Source: Candidatus Bathyarchaeota archaeon (GTDB lineage: Archaea; Thermoproteota; Bathyarchaeia; Bathyarchaeales; Bathycorpusculaceae). From it: DNA of 64,000 nt. Positions 1-9,366 of the stretch are shown piece by piece. The translations under genes and the position numbers were made by a program. Position 1 is the first letter of the stretch; every line of letters starts with the position of its first letter. Below the pieces are notes generated by a model, which worked only from the letters and a program-made list of their open reading frames with translations, was not told where the DNA came from and did not search any database. The DNA is taken from NCBI GenBank assembly GCA_013388895.1, contig JACAEK010000052.1:6684-70683 (forward strand), read 5' to 3'.

Positions 1-18
1 TAAGCAAACTAAGGCGAA

Positions 19-267
19 TCATTTGAGCCTTTTTGCCGTCTGCAAAGTCTTTTCAGCTGTTAATGTGCAAAAGAGAAAATCATCAATAGTGGCGATAAAT
101 GTCGGCAAACCTTTTTTGCATCTTATTGTCGTTAAGACCTTGCCATCTTTCCATGTTGTTTCTATCGTTAAGCCTTTTGGTGTTTTGAAGTTGTCTGGCG
201 AAACTGCCTTCGCTACGGCTTCTCCAATTTTCATATTGTCATACTCAAGCACTATTTCCGCTTCCAA
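19..267 (-). CDS. pcc1: KEOPS subunit Pcc1-like small protein
   Basis: 82-aa ORF. The pattern EAVAKAVSPDN ... TIDDFL resembles archaeal Pcc1. It lies in the same cluster as kae1 and bud32. Confidence 0.55.
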   Translation of the reverse strand: MEAEIVLEYDNMKIGEAVAKAVSPDNFKTPKGLTIETTWKDGKVLTTIRCKKGLPTFIATIDDFLFCTLTAEKTLQTAKRLK

Positions 268-1717
268 TTTTTTCGCCCTTCAACTGTTTCCCGACAAGCT
301 CATCAACAATTTTGATAAAGTCGCCAATTCTCTCTATTGGAACTTGGGCGCCTGCTGCCACATTGTGTCCTCCACCTTTTCCTCCGTAGTTTTCAGCCGC
401 AATTCTCATGACTTCGCTTAAGTCAATTCCCCGGTTTACCATTGTGTCAATGGTCCTTGCAGAAATTTTCGCCAAACCTTCACCTTCAACGTTTGCATAA
501 GCAATCAACGGTTTTTCAGGGTTAGGAAGACTCGCTGAAAGTATGGACGAGATTGCGCCCACTATTTTGTCGTTAATGAAATTTTCGCCATAAACAACAT
601 ATATGTTGTCAAATTCCTTCTTTCTTTCAGGCTTTTCCATTATCCAGCCAAGGTACTTGTTGATGTTTCGCCTATACTCTTCCAAAACTTTGTTTGCCTC
701 TTCAAGGGCTGAACTTCTATCTCCCATGCAAATCGCAACGCCCAAACTTGCACTGTCCATACGTCCCGTTGCGTTTAATAAAACTGCGAATTCTCTTGCA
801 TCTCTGAGTGGAGTCCAAGGCTCTTCACGGTTTAAGACGTAGACATGTCCAACGAGATTGGTTACTTCATAATGTAAGCCTTTTGACAACAAGTAGTCTG
901 CAAGAGCTGAGCACAAGCGCTTTTTTTCTTCGTCAGAAAGGTCTCTCAGCGCTCGCCATCTATCACCAAGCCTCGGTTTAATGTCCAAGCTTGCTAAGAA
1001 AGCTAAACTTTTGTCCTCTTCACCGCTTATGCCAGGAATGAACGGACTAGTTGTAGACGCTAGTGTTTTGTGGATTGGGCGGGTTTCTCTGCCAAAAAAT
1101 ATCAAGTCTTGCTCAACCGTTAAAAGCTTCGCATCTGTTGCATCTTCCACAATTTTTTCGTTCAATCCGCCTAACTTACGTTGGTCATACTTGTCTTGCA
1201 GGTCTCCCAAAGCACCAACAATAGCCACAGGCGCCAAATCTACATTAACCTTATCAACATTCTTAGCCACAAAATATGCCACACCAGCACCGCTGATGTC
1301 TTTTGCGCCATCTATTCTGAACAAATGAGGATTCACATGCACGACATGGTCAGATTCTTCGCCAACAATTTGATGATGATCCAAAACTACTATCTCAAAA
1401 TTTGCGAGCTTCTCATTTAACAGCTCCATGTAGCCGCTTCCAAAATCATTGAAAATTATCAATTGTGGCTTATCTGAGAGGAGTTCTCCCACAATCTTTT
1501 CGTCCACCCACTGCGTAATCCTAACGCGAAATTTCGAATCAAGCCTAAACAAAGTCTTCCCAACAATTCCTGCCGCCGCAACTCCATCCGCATCCAAATG
1601 CGAAAAAATGTGGATAAAACCATCTTCCTTCACAACTTCTCGAATGGTCTCAGCTGCTTTCTTGGCGGAATTTAAAAAGCCTTCAACATCTGCGTTCTCT
1701 GAAGCCATGGCAATCAC
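245..1717 (-). CDS. recJ: DHH/DHHA1 phosphoesterase, archaeal RecJ/GAN (Cdc45-like) nuclease
   Basis: Motifs HLDADGVAA, VVLDHHQ and C-terminal GGKGGGHNVAAGA. The position next to rps15 is a common archaeal neighbourhood. Confidence 0.8.
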   Translation of the reverse strand: MIAMASENADVEGFLNSAKKAAETIREVVKEDGFIHIFSHLDADGVAAAGIVGKTLFRLDSKFRVRITQWVDEKIVGELLSDKPQLIIFNDFGSGYMELLNEKLANFEIVVLDHHQIVGEESDHVVHVNPHLFRIDGAKDISGAGVAYFVAKNVDKVNVDLAPVAIVGALGDLQDKYDQRKLGGLNEKIVEDATDAKLLTVEQDLIFFGRETRPIHKTLASTTSPFIPGISGEEDKSLAFLASLDIKPRLGDRWRALRDLSDEEKKRLCSALADYLLSKGLHYEVTNLVGHVYVLNREEPWTPLRDAREFAVLLNATGRMDSASLGVAICMGDRSSALEEANKVLEEYRRNINKYLGWIMEKPERKKEFDNIYVVYGENFINDKIVGAISSILSASLPNPEKPLIAYANVEGEGLAKISARTIDTMVNRGIDLSEVMRIAAENYGGKGGGHNVAAGAQVPIERIGDFIKIVDELVGKQLKGEKIGSGNSA

Positions 1718-1796
1718 ACTACGCTAAGAAACCAAATTATTTAAGGATTTAAAAGAAGTTACAAAAGCTTCTTGACAAAAACGACGGCATAAGAGT

Positions 1797-2237
1797 TTAG
1801 GTTAGAGACGCTATTTTCGGTTCGTATTTCCAATTGGATGGCAGAATTCCTTCTCGTTTGTAATATCGTGAAAGTTTGTGGACTTTTGCCTCTATTATTT
1901 GGAGCGCTCTTTTATTGTGCAAATCTCTTCTGTTTTTTTCATAATGCACTGCTAGGCTTTCAGCCTTCTTCAGTAGAGCGCCTAAATCTTCAGGTGTTGC
2001 TGGCGCCAAATCCGCACCTTTTAGAATTTTGGTTATTGCCTTTCCTGTTATTGGCTTCACTAATGGTATTGCATAATTGTCGCGTAGGATTGTTCCTATG
2101 CGGCTTGGTGTGTTGCCTTCTCTTGCCAATTTGACAATGAGGGCTTCCACTTCTTCCGGCTGGTATTTGCACCAGCTTGGAGATCTTTTGCTTACGGGTC
2201 TTGTCTGATGCGACTTTCCCTTTTCCTGTTTTGGCAT
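1797..2237 (-). CDS. rps15: 30S ribosomal protein uS15 (S13e type)
   Basis: Sequence MPKQEKGKSHQTRP...PSWCKY...HYEKNRRDLHNKRAL...KLSRYYK. I place the start at the internal ATG at 2237, not the 2279 ORF-track start. Confidence 0.9.
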   Translation of the reverse strand: MPKQEKGKSHQTRPVSKRSPSWCKYQPEEVEALIVKLAREGNTPSRIGTILRDNYAIPLVKPITGKAITKILKGADLAPATPEDLGALLKKAESLAVHYEKNRRDLHNKRALQIIEAKVHKLSRYYKREGILPSNWKYEPKIASLT

Positions 2238-2424
2238 TTTCCTATTCCCTTGAACTCTGTATGAGCGAGGAAAGACCAATATTTAAGACTATTGATTTCC
2301 TTTAGAAGCTGATTGCTGTGTCTGCGCTTTGTAATTTCAGTATTCATATGCTATGAACGATAGAGGAATTAGAAATCCAAGGAATTGATCACCCAAATTC
2401 CTCTCTCAGATTCATTTGCTAATC

Positions 2425-3015
2425 TCATTTGTGTTGCTTATACCAGTTTGCAAAGCTTTCCAGCGCTTCTGCACGATGTGAATATCTATTTTTTTCTCTC
2501 ATTGTCATTTCCGCAAAAGTTTTGCCACTTTTTGCAGGCTTAAAAATTGGGTCAAAACCAAACCCAGATTTACTCTTTCCTCTTCTTTCTTCACGTGTTA
2601 TTTCTCCAATAACTTCTCCTCTAAAACAAATAGGCGCCCTCAGTTCGGATGCATAATAGGCTATTACTGATTGGAATATTGCATTTCTGCTTTCAACGTT
2701 CTCCATAAGTTTCAACAAGCCGACATTGCCTATGGTTTTATAGGCATATGCGGCGTAAGGTCCTGGAAACCCAATCAACGCATCAATAAACAGTCCAGCG
2801 TCTTCAACTATAAGTGGCAGATGGCAATGCCTAAACGCCTCTATGACGCTTGTCTCCGCAATTTTCTCCAAGCTGTCGCTTTGAATCTCCAACGTTTTGA
2901 CTCGGAGCATGCCCACAGCTATTTTGTGTTTCGCAAAGATCATGCGGGCTTCGTTAAACTTGTGCACATTATTTGTGGCGAAAAATATGACTTTGCGTTT
3001 AAACCCGATAGTCAT
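2425..3015 (-). CDS. rdgB: Non-canonical purine NTP pyrophosphatase (Ham1/RdgB, ITPase)
   Basis: Motifs FATNNVHKFNEA, FGFDPIF and SHRAEAL. The start is taken at ATG 3015, which removes the overlap with bud32. Confidence 0.85.
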   Translation of the reverse strand: MTIGFKRKVIFFATNNVHKFNEARMIFAKHKIAVGMLRVKTLEIQSDSLEKIAETSVIEAFRHCHLPLIVEDAGLFIDALIGFPGPYAAYAYKTIGNVGLLKLMENVESRNAIFQSVIAYYASELRAPICFRGEVIGEITREERRGKSKSGFGFDPIFKPAKSGKTFAEMTMREKNRYSHRAEALESFANWYKQHK

Positions 3016-3031
3016 GCATCTCACTTCTTTG

Positions 3032-3697
3032 TTATTCGCTTTTGGCTTTTCTTTCAGCAATGTATCTTCCACGTCTTTCTATTTCTCTTATCTTATCTAG
3101 AATGTCTCTAACATTTTTAGCGCCTAAAACCTTAGAGTACCCCTTAACCACTGCTTCGAAACAATCTTCGGCAAAGCGGAAATGCGTACTCTGTAACGCT
3201 CTTTTCATAAGATGCAAGTCAACGCCTTTGGACTCTAACTCCTTTGTTTTTTCGCCGAGACCAAAATCTACAAAGAAAATTTTGTCGTCAGGATTCAGAA
3301 TCATGTTTGAAGTGGTTAAGTCGCCATGAATTATTCCGTTTTTATGCAATCTACCTATTAACTCTCCAATTTTAAGACATAGGCTTTGTCTTTCTTCTTC
3401 TGTTGCTTCACCTAACAACCATTTCAATTGTTTTCCTTCGATAAACTCCATTATTATCGTTGCATTTGCCAAATCAACGAGAAAGATTGTAGGTGTCGGC
3501 ACTCCACCCTTTTTGGCTTCGTGCATCAATTGTGGCTCGTGTATTGTTCTATAGGCGCGGACTTGCTCATCCAATTCTGATGGGCGATATTTCTTGGGCG
3601 AACGCTTTTTCATGACCACTTTTTTACCATGCCAATCTGCAAGATAGAGATTAGCTTCTGCTCCTTTCTTAATTAAGAACGGTTTCAGCTTATCCAC
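3032..3697 (-). CDS. bud32: KEOPS kinase/ATPase Bud32
   Basis: Small RIO-like kinase with GAEANLY, VMKKR and HGDLTTSNMIL. It overlaps the kae1 stop by 13 nt. Confidence 0.85.
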   Translation of the reverse strand: MDKLKPFLIKKGAEANLYLADWHGKKVVMKKRSPKKYRPSELDEQVRAYRTIHEPQLMHEAKKGGVPTPTIFLVDLANATIIMEFIEGKQLKWLLGEATEEERQSLCLKIGELIGRLHKNGIIHGDLTTSNMILNPDDKIFFVDFGLGEKTKELESKGVDLHLMKRALQSTHFRFAEDCFEAVVKGYSKVLGAKNVRDILDKIREIERRGRYIAERKAKSE

Positions 3698-4722
3698 GGA
3701 ATTTCAACCTCTTCGAGACGCCACCGCAACTTAACAAAACTTTTTTCGATGGGAGTAACTGCGCCGTGCTGATATGCTAGTACTCCCGTCCATGCTATCA
3801 TTGCACCGTTGTCGATGGCAAATTGGGTAGGCACAGTACGGAATCTTGCGTTATGTTCTTCCGCAATAACCTTAACCATGGACTGCAACCGTTTGTTGGC
3901 TGCGACGCCTCCGGTTAACAAAACCTCTTTTTTCTCTGTATGCGCCAAGGCTCGTTCAGTAACTTCTGTAACCATTGAAAACGCTGTTTCTTGGAGACTG
4001 TAGCACAAGTCTTCAAGGCTATATTCTCTTTTTTTGAGCAAATTGACTGCAGCTGTTAGTAAACCACTGAAGGACGTGTCCATCCCTTTAACAGTGTAAG
4101 GCAGTGCAATCAACTGACCACCTTTCAACGCAAGTTTTTCCACAAGCGCTCCAAACGGCAAACCCACTTTCTGCCGCAATCCCGCTTCACGCGCAAAAAC
4201 GTCCAAACAATTTCCAAGAGCAATATCCAACGTCTCACCAAAGACTCTGTAACGTCTAGAATCGAAAGCCGCAACGATGCTGTTTCCTCCAGAAACATAC
4301 AGCGTGATTGGGTCTTTTGCATCAGTTTGGAGCTTTCCTATCTCTATGTGGGCTATGCAATGGTTTACTCCAATAAGCGGAATCTCGAGATAAGAAGCCA
4401 AAGCACGAGCAACAGTTGCTCCAGTGCGGAGACATGGCCCTAAACCGGGACCTTGAGAAAACGCAACAATAGACAAGTTCCTTGGTTTTATTTCTGCATT
4501 TGTGAATGCTTCTTCTAGGACCTTGCTTGCTACTTCGGCATGATGTCTCGCTGCTTCTCGAGGATGGATTCCCCCTTCTTCAGGCATGTATACGCTTATC
4601 ATGTTAGCTAATATTTCGCCTTCAAACGTGGATATTCCAACGCTGAAGTCATCAGCCGTTGACTCTATCCCAAGACAGTATTGTTCACTCGCTTTTTTCT
4701 TCGTCATTTCATTATCCTGCAA
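3685..4722 (-). CDS. kae1: tRNA N6-adenosine threonylcarbamoyltransferase Kae1
   Basis: ASKHA fold with motifs GIESTADD, HCIAHIE and GGVAAN. Confidence 0.9.
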   Translation of the reverse strand: MQDNEMTKKKASEQYCLGIESTADDFSVGISTFEGEILANMISVYMPEEGGIHPREAARHHAEVASKVLEEAFTNAEIKPRNLSIVAFSQGPGLGPCLRTGATVARALASYLEIPLIGVNHCIAHIEIGKLQTDAKDPITLYVSGGNSIVAAFDSRRYRVFGETLDIALGNCLDVFAREAGLRQKVGLPFGALVEKLALKGGQLIALPYTVKGMDTSFSGLLTAAVNLLKKREYSLEDLCYSLQETAFSMVTEVTERALAHTEKKEVLLTGGVAANKRLQSMVKVIAEEHNARFRTVPTQFAIDNGAMIAWTGVLAYQHGAVTPIEKSFVKLRWRLEEVEIPWIS

Positions 4723-4799
4723 TGTTGAATTTATCCACAGTTAAACATACACCTTTTTATTTAAAACTGTGTATATATAATGTGGAAGATTTGGAATCG

Positions 4800-5183
4800 A
4801 TGGAAATGTCAAAACGTAATGACTTAGAACATAAAGCCCTACAGCATATCATAAATACAGGCTTTGATGGCATCCTTCAATCCGATCTGTGGCGGAAACT
4901 GGGTGCAAGTAGTAGGGAAGGCTCTCGAATAGCCTTGAAGCTGGAAGAAAAGAAACTTGTTCGAAGGGAGAAGGAACTCCGTGATGGAAGATGGACTTAC
5001 AGGCTTTATCCAAAGAGGCTGCCAGCTAAGATAGATTCGATAGCTGATGTTCCATGTTTAATGTGTCCAGATAACCCAAGATGTGACCCATCCAGCTCAA
5101 TCTCGCCTCAAGGCTGCGATAAGCTGACTGATTGGCTTCTCTCCATATCAAAAAATGAAGCTGGCTCTTTAGGTGACAGCTAG
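4800..5183 (+). CDS. Winged-helix protein with C-terminal 4-Cys cluster; TFE-beta / RPC34-like candidate
   Basis: ATG at 4800. The wH-like segment is GILQSDLWRKLGASSREGSRIALKLEEKKLV. The C-terminal Cys pattern is C-x2-C-x5-C-x11-C. Confidence 0.4.
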   Translation: MEMSKRNDLEHKALQHIINTGFDGILQSDLWRKLGASSREGSRIALKLEEKKLVRREKELRDGRWTYRLYPKRLPAKIDSIADVPCLMCPDNPRCDPSSSISPQGCDKLTDWLLSISKNEAGSLGDS

Positions 5184-5185
5184 TT

Positions 5186-5803
5186 TTGCCTAAAGCATGG
5201 ATTCAACAAAGAAAAAAGGATTATTATTACAAAAAAGCGAAAGAAGAGAAATATCGCTCTAGAGCAGCTTACAAGCTTCTTCAAGCAATTGAAAAGTACC
5301 ATTTCATGAAAAGCGGCGATGTCGTCGTTGATTTGGGCGCTGCACCCGGCGGCTGGATCCAAGCTGCAAGAAAAATTGTTGGAAGCAAAGGCTTTATCTT
5401 AGGCGTAGACTTGAAGCCGATTGAGCCTTTTTCGCAAACTAATGTTCGACCTACTATAGGAGATTTAACTGAACCAGCAACACTTAGGCAGATCTTAAGC
5501 ACGCTTCCAAGAAAGGCTGATGCCGTAACATCTGACGCTTCACCGAACATCTCTGGAATCTGGGAAGTTGATCACGCCCGCCAAATAGACTTGGCGGAAC
5601 AATCATTAAATATAGCATTGGAAACGCTTAGGTCTTCCGGAAGCTTCTTTGTAAAAGTCTTCGAAGGAGACATGCTTAACGACTTCATTGCAAAAATAAG
5701 AGAGCATTTTCAGGTTGTGAGGATAATAAAGCCTAAGGCGAGTCGAGCCAAAAGTTCTGAACTGTTTATTCTTGGAATGCGCTTAAAAAAGGCGTTGGAT
5801 TAG
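5186..5803 (+). CDS. rlmE: 23S rRNA 2'-O-ribose methyltransferase RlmE/FtsJ
   Basis: Motifs YRSRAAYKLLQ and DLGAAPGGW. TTG start 3 nt after the preceding stop. Confidence 0.85.
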   Translation: MPKAWIQQRKKDYYYKKAKEEKYRSRAAYKLLQAIEKYHFMKSGDVVVDLGAAPGGWIQAARKIVGSKGFILGVDLKPIEPFSQTNVRPTIGDLTEPATLRQILSTLPRKADAVTSDASPNISGIWEVDHARQIDLAEQSLNIALETLRSSGSFFVKVFEGDMLNDFIAKIREHFQVVRIIKPKASRAKSSELFILGMRLKKALD

Positions 5804-5854
5804 CGGCAAACATAAATTCTAATTGGCTCTATTGAAAGGCATGGTGAAAAAGAT

Positions 5855-6547
5855 TTGAGAATCATCGCCGCAGATTCTTCGTCCGCCATTCTGACTGACA
5901 GTTTTGAACCTTTAACAATTGTGGCAGCTGCATCAGTGTTAGTTTGTCCCCCATATAGAGAGGCGAAAGCTTGTTTAGCCGAAGCAATTTTTGCAGACGC
6001 AAAGTGTGGACACGAGCTTATAGTGCATGAGGCGGAGCTTTGCAAAGACTTACTCGCAAAAGCAAAGGCTGACATTGTACACTTAGACATGTCTTTAGGC
6101 GCAATTCCATTGGAACAATTATCGCCAATCGAATTCTCTAACATGAAAATCTCCAGCAGAGCCAAACGTCATCTTCTGAAAATTCTGCCCAGATTAAGAA
6201 AAATCGCTAATGAAGTCACACAAAAACATGGAATTGAGGTTTTAGCCATAGGAAAAGAAAGCATCCCTGTAAGAATCGCAGAATTGACAGCAGGAGCAAA
6301 CGCAATCTTGTATACATGCGAAAAAGGCATAAAGGAAAACAAAACTCTAACATTGGGATTACCCTCTAAATGTCAACCTAGGTTAACTGAAAAACGGGTG
6401 TACCTTTACTCTCTTATTGCCGCTGAACATGACATTAGAGGCTACGCAGAAGATACAAATGAAGTTCTGAAAAAAGCTAATATTAGTGAAATGCTGAATC
6501 CCATTGCAAGAGGTTTTAGGATTTTGCACATCACTCCAAGAGCTTAA
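5855..6547 (+). CDS. Conserved hypothetical protein, possible RNase H/NurA-like fold
   Basis: 230-aa ORF with a TTG start. Hydrophobic strands end in acidic residues (MRIIAADSS, IVHLDMSLG). Confidence 0.45.
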   Translation: MRIIAADSSSAILTDSFEPLTIVAAASVLVCPPYREAKACLAEAIFADAKCGHELIVHEAELCKDLLAKAKADIVHLDMSLGAIPLEQLSPIEFSNMKISSRAKRHLLKILPRLRKIANEVTQKHGIEVLAIGKESIPVRIAELTAGANAILYTCEKGIKENKTLTLGLPSKCQPRLTEKRVYLYSLIAAEHDIRGYAEDTNEVLKKANISEMLNPIARGFRILHITPRA

Positions 6548-6599
6548 AAGACAAACCTTTTTTATATCGAATCAGATTGCGTTAGAAGAGTGAGCTAAA

Positions 6600-7265
6600 A
6601 TGGAGGAGAAAGCCAGCACTGTTATCTCTCCTAGTGTAGCTATTCTTGCTATTGTAGTGACTTTTCTAGTTGCCCTTTTTGGCGGTGCTACACTTGCCAT
6701 GTTGTTTGGATATGAAGTAGCCTTAGCTGTGTCAGAGTTGCTTCTAATTATCGTTCCGCTAGGTTATATGTTATATAAAAAAATCAACATTGGACACTAT
6801 ATAGGACTGGACGTAAAACCGCTGAAAATCCTTTTAGGCTTAGGCTTAGGAGGTTTCGTCTTCTTATTCGATGTGCTAATTTCCAATTTGCTATACATCG
6901 TTTTTGGGCCAAGTGCGGCTATTGAAGAAGCTAATACGCAAATCATGGAACTCAGTGCCTCACCAAGCGGCCTCATTGCAGTAATAATCGCCTTGTGTTT
7001 AGCTGGAATATGCGAAGAACTGACCTTCAGAGGTTTTCTTCAAAACGCTATTAATAGCAAATATTCTTTTGCTGTTGCTTTGCTTGTTTCATCTTTAGCC
7101 TTTGGATTCTTTCATTTTGACCTGCAAGGTATCTATACCCTTTCAGCTTTCATCGTTGGACTAGTATTGGGTCTGATCTATCACCATTGGCGTTCTTATG
7201 TCGTTTCTGCTGTTACGCATTCCACTGTAAATCTGATAGCGCTAGCAATAATGCTCCTCATATAG
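6600..7265 (+). CDS. CPBP family intramembrane metalloprotease (CAAX protease-like)
   Basis: Multi-TM protein with motifs EELTFRGFL, FGFFHF and HSTVN. Confidence 0.8.
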   Translation: MEEKASTVISPSVAILAIVVTFLVALFGGATLAMLFGYEVALAVSELLLIIVPLGYMLYKKINIGHYIGLDVKPLKILLGLGLGGFVFLFDVLISNLLYIVFGPSAAIEEANTQIMELSASPSGLIAVIIALCLAGICEELTFRGFLQNAINSKYSFAVALLVSSLAFGFFHFDLQGIYTLSAFIVGLVLGLIYHHWRSYVVSAVTHSTVNLIALAIMLLI

Positions 7266-7280
7266 AGGTAGACAGAATAT

Positions 7281-8150
7281 TCACGTTTTCTTCTGTGTTT
7301 TAGTGACTTCTAAGCTTATGTCTAATGGTTTTGGATTGGCAGTTATTTCCCCTAAACTTACAATGTTCACGCCTCTGGAAGCAAATGCTATGATATTCTC
7401 TGAAGTTATTCCACCACTGGCTTCCAGCAAAATTTTCCCATAAAAACCAGCTTTTTTTAGTAGTTTTACTGCTTTTTCTACTTGTTTTGGAGAAAAATTA
7501 TCCAACATGATTATGTCAACTCCAGTTTTTGCTGCAGTAATAACATCGTTAATGTTTATCACTTCCACTTCGATTTTCTTGCTGAAAGATGCCTTTTCTT
7601 TAGCTGCTTTCACAGCTTTCTCCATGCTGCCTGCCACTACGATGTGGTTGTCTTTTATTAAAATCATGTCGTCTAAATGAAGTCTATGCGTGTCGCCTCC
7701 ACCTATTGAAACTGCTTTTTTATCAAAGTAGAGAAGTCCGGGCGCTGTTTTTCTTGTGCATGCAACTCTCGTCTCAAGCCCAGCCTTCAGAAGTCTGTCT
7801 TTCAATTTTCTTGTAGTTGTCGCTATGCCACTCATGCGAGACATAATGTTTAGAAGAGTACGTTCTGCCGAAAGTATTGTTCTTGTGTCTCCAAAGATTT
7901 TCATCAGTATCTGTTTTGGTTTTATTCCTTCTCCGTCCGCGACCAAAGTTTTAACTTTGAGCTGTAGACTTTCGAGAAGAATTTTCGCCTCCTCTATACC
8001 CGCCACTACGCCTGCTTCTTTCGCTATTACTTCTGCTTCTGCCACGCTTATTTCGGAAACAACGAGCGCAGTGGTTATGTCACCTTGCCCCAAATCTTCA
8101 GCAAGCATTATTCGAAGTTTTTCTTCCAAAATTTTTCGCGGCAAGAACAT
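7281..8150 (-). CDS. nadC: Nicotinate-nucleotide pyrophosphorylase (quinolinate phosphoribosyltransferase)
   Basis: Motifs GDITT, RKTAPGL and GGGDTHRLHLDDMILIKDNH. Confidence 0.9.
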   Translation of the reverse strand: MFLPRKILEEKLRIMLAEDLGQGDITTALVVSEISVAEAEVIAKEAGVVAGIEEAKILLESLQLKVKTLVADGEGIKPKQILMKIFGDTRTILSAERTLLNIMSRMSGIATTTRKLKDRLLKAGLETRVACTRKTAPGLLYFDKKAVSIGGGDTHRLHLDDMILIKDNHIVVAGSMEKAVKAAKEKASFSKKIEVEVININDVITAAKTGVDIIMLDNFSPKQVEKAVKLLKKAGFYGKILLEASGGITSENIIAFASRGVNIVSLGEITANPKPLDISLEVTKTQKKT

Positions 8151-8186
8151 ACTTCATCAATTAAATGTTTAGCTTAAAATACTTGT

Positions 8187-9362
8187 TTATTTTTCTGCTA
8201 CTTCATTTATGATTTTGACAGCGTTTTCCAAGCCGCTATGTTTTAGGGCTTCCTGCTGAACTTCCTCGGCTCTTTTAAAAATCTGACTTTTTAAGACATG
8301 TTGAATAGTTGTTAGGAGCTTTTCTCTAGTTAATTTTTCTTGTTGAATAATTTCTGCAATGCCCAAGTTTTTGGCTTGTTTAGCATTGATGAGCTGTTCT
8401 GTATGACTTGGCGTAGGTATAAGTATCATTGGTTTGCCATAGCACATGCACTGCGTTAGGGTTCCATGTCCTGCTCGGCTTATTACCAAATCGCTGGCTT
8501 TTAAGTACTCAAAGCGATTCGGCAGCCACTTGTAAATTGTGACGTTACCATGATGTGTAGGTTTGTCGTCAGTGCTTGGATAACCGAGTGAGATTACGAT
8601 TTCGTAGTCTTCAGGAAACTCGAGTAGGATTTTTCGCAGTATCCCTGTTAGGAAGGCTCTTTCTTTGATTGGACCACTTATAGGTGCAAAAATAACCGGC
8701 TTATCGATTGGCAGTTCTAAACGCTTGCGCAATTCCTTTTCCGTTCGCAGCTGATTTGGATGCACAGGTAATATTGGACCTATCAGTTTCACATTTTTCT
8801 TATAGAATTTTGGAATGTTTAGGTTGCCAGCAGAAATCGTGTAAGGCGAAGGAAAGTCAGGTATTAAAAGAGTATTTCCACCCGTCCAAATTTTCCCAAT
8901 AAGCGTAAGCGTAATAAAGTCTGCAAACTTTGCCAATCGCAGAAAACGTTTTTTCCGTGGGATAATTGCTTGGAACTGGTTTAAGATGCAAATTCTGGGT
9001 ATTCTTAAAGCTCTTGCCGCCAAAAGAGGTGAGGCGCGAGAATCCGAAACAACAACATCTGGTTTAAAGTTTTCAATGAACCTGATTTCAGCATTGATTT
9101 GCTTCAAAAAGGTGAATGAAGCCAAAAAAGGCCCTGGATTTATCGCTGTTTGCCTAAAATCTACAGTCCCATCAGGTTTGACTTGAAAGCCTATGGGTGG
9201 AGCCTCAATAAGTGGAAGTTTTTCGCGTTCAACATAACCTCTGCCTTCTCGATAAGTGGAAAAAACTATTTCAACATCTTTCTAGGCGAGTTTCTTCGCT
9301 ATTGGAACGCATCTTCCAACATGTCCTAAGCCAATACCGCAAGGAGCAAAATAAACCCTCAT
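8187..9362 (-). pseudogene. MurG/GT1-GT28-like glycosyltransferase interrupted by one in-frame TAG
   Basis: From ATG 9362 the reading is MRVYFAPCGIGLGHVGRCVPIAKKLA, then TAG (9282-9284), then KDVEIVFSTYREG..., continuing in frame into the 312-aa ORF 8187..9125. Confidence 0.7.
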
Positions 9363-9366
9363 GAAA

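Noticed and set aside
603-1727. Plus-strand ORFs (79-115 aa) opposite the RecJ/GAN gene
   Set aside because: Shadow ORFs fully inside a strongly supported minus-strand CDS.
9282-9284. In-frame TAG in the glycosyltransferase as a pyrrolysine codon
   Set aside because: TAG is used as an ordinary stop by several intact neighbours (5181-5183, 5801-5803, 7263-7265, 11704-11706). No pyl genes are in the window, and nothing suggests a Pyl-dependent enzyme family.
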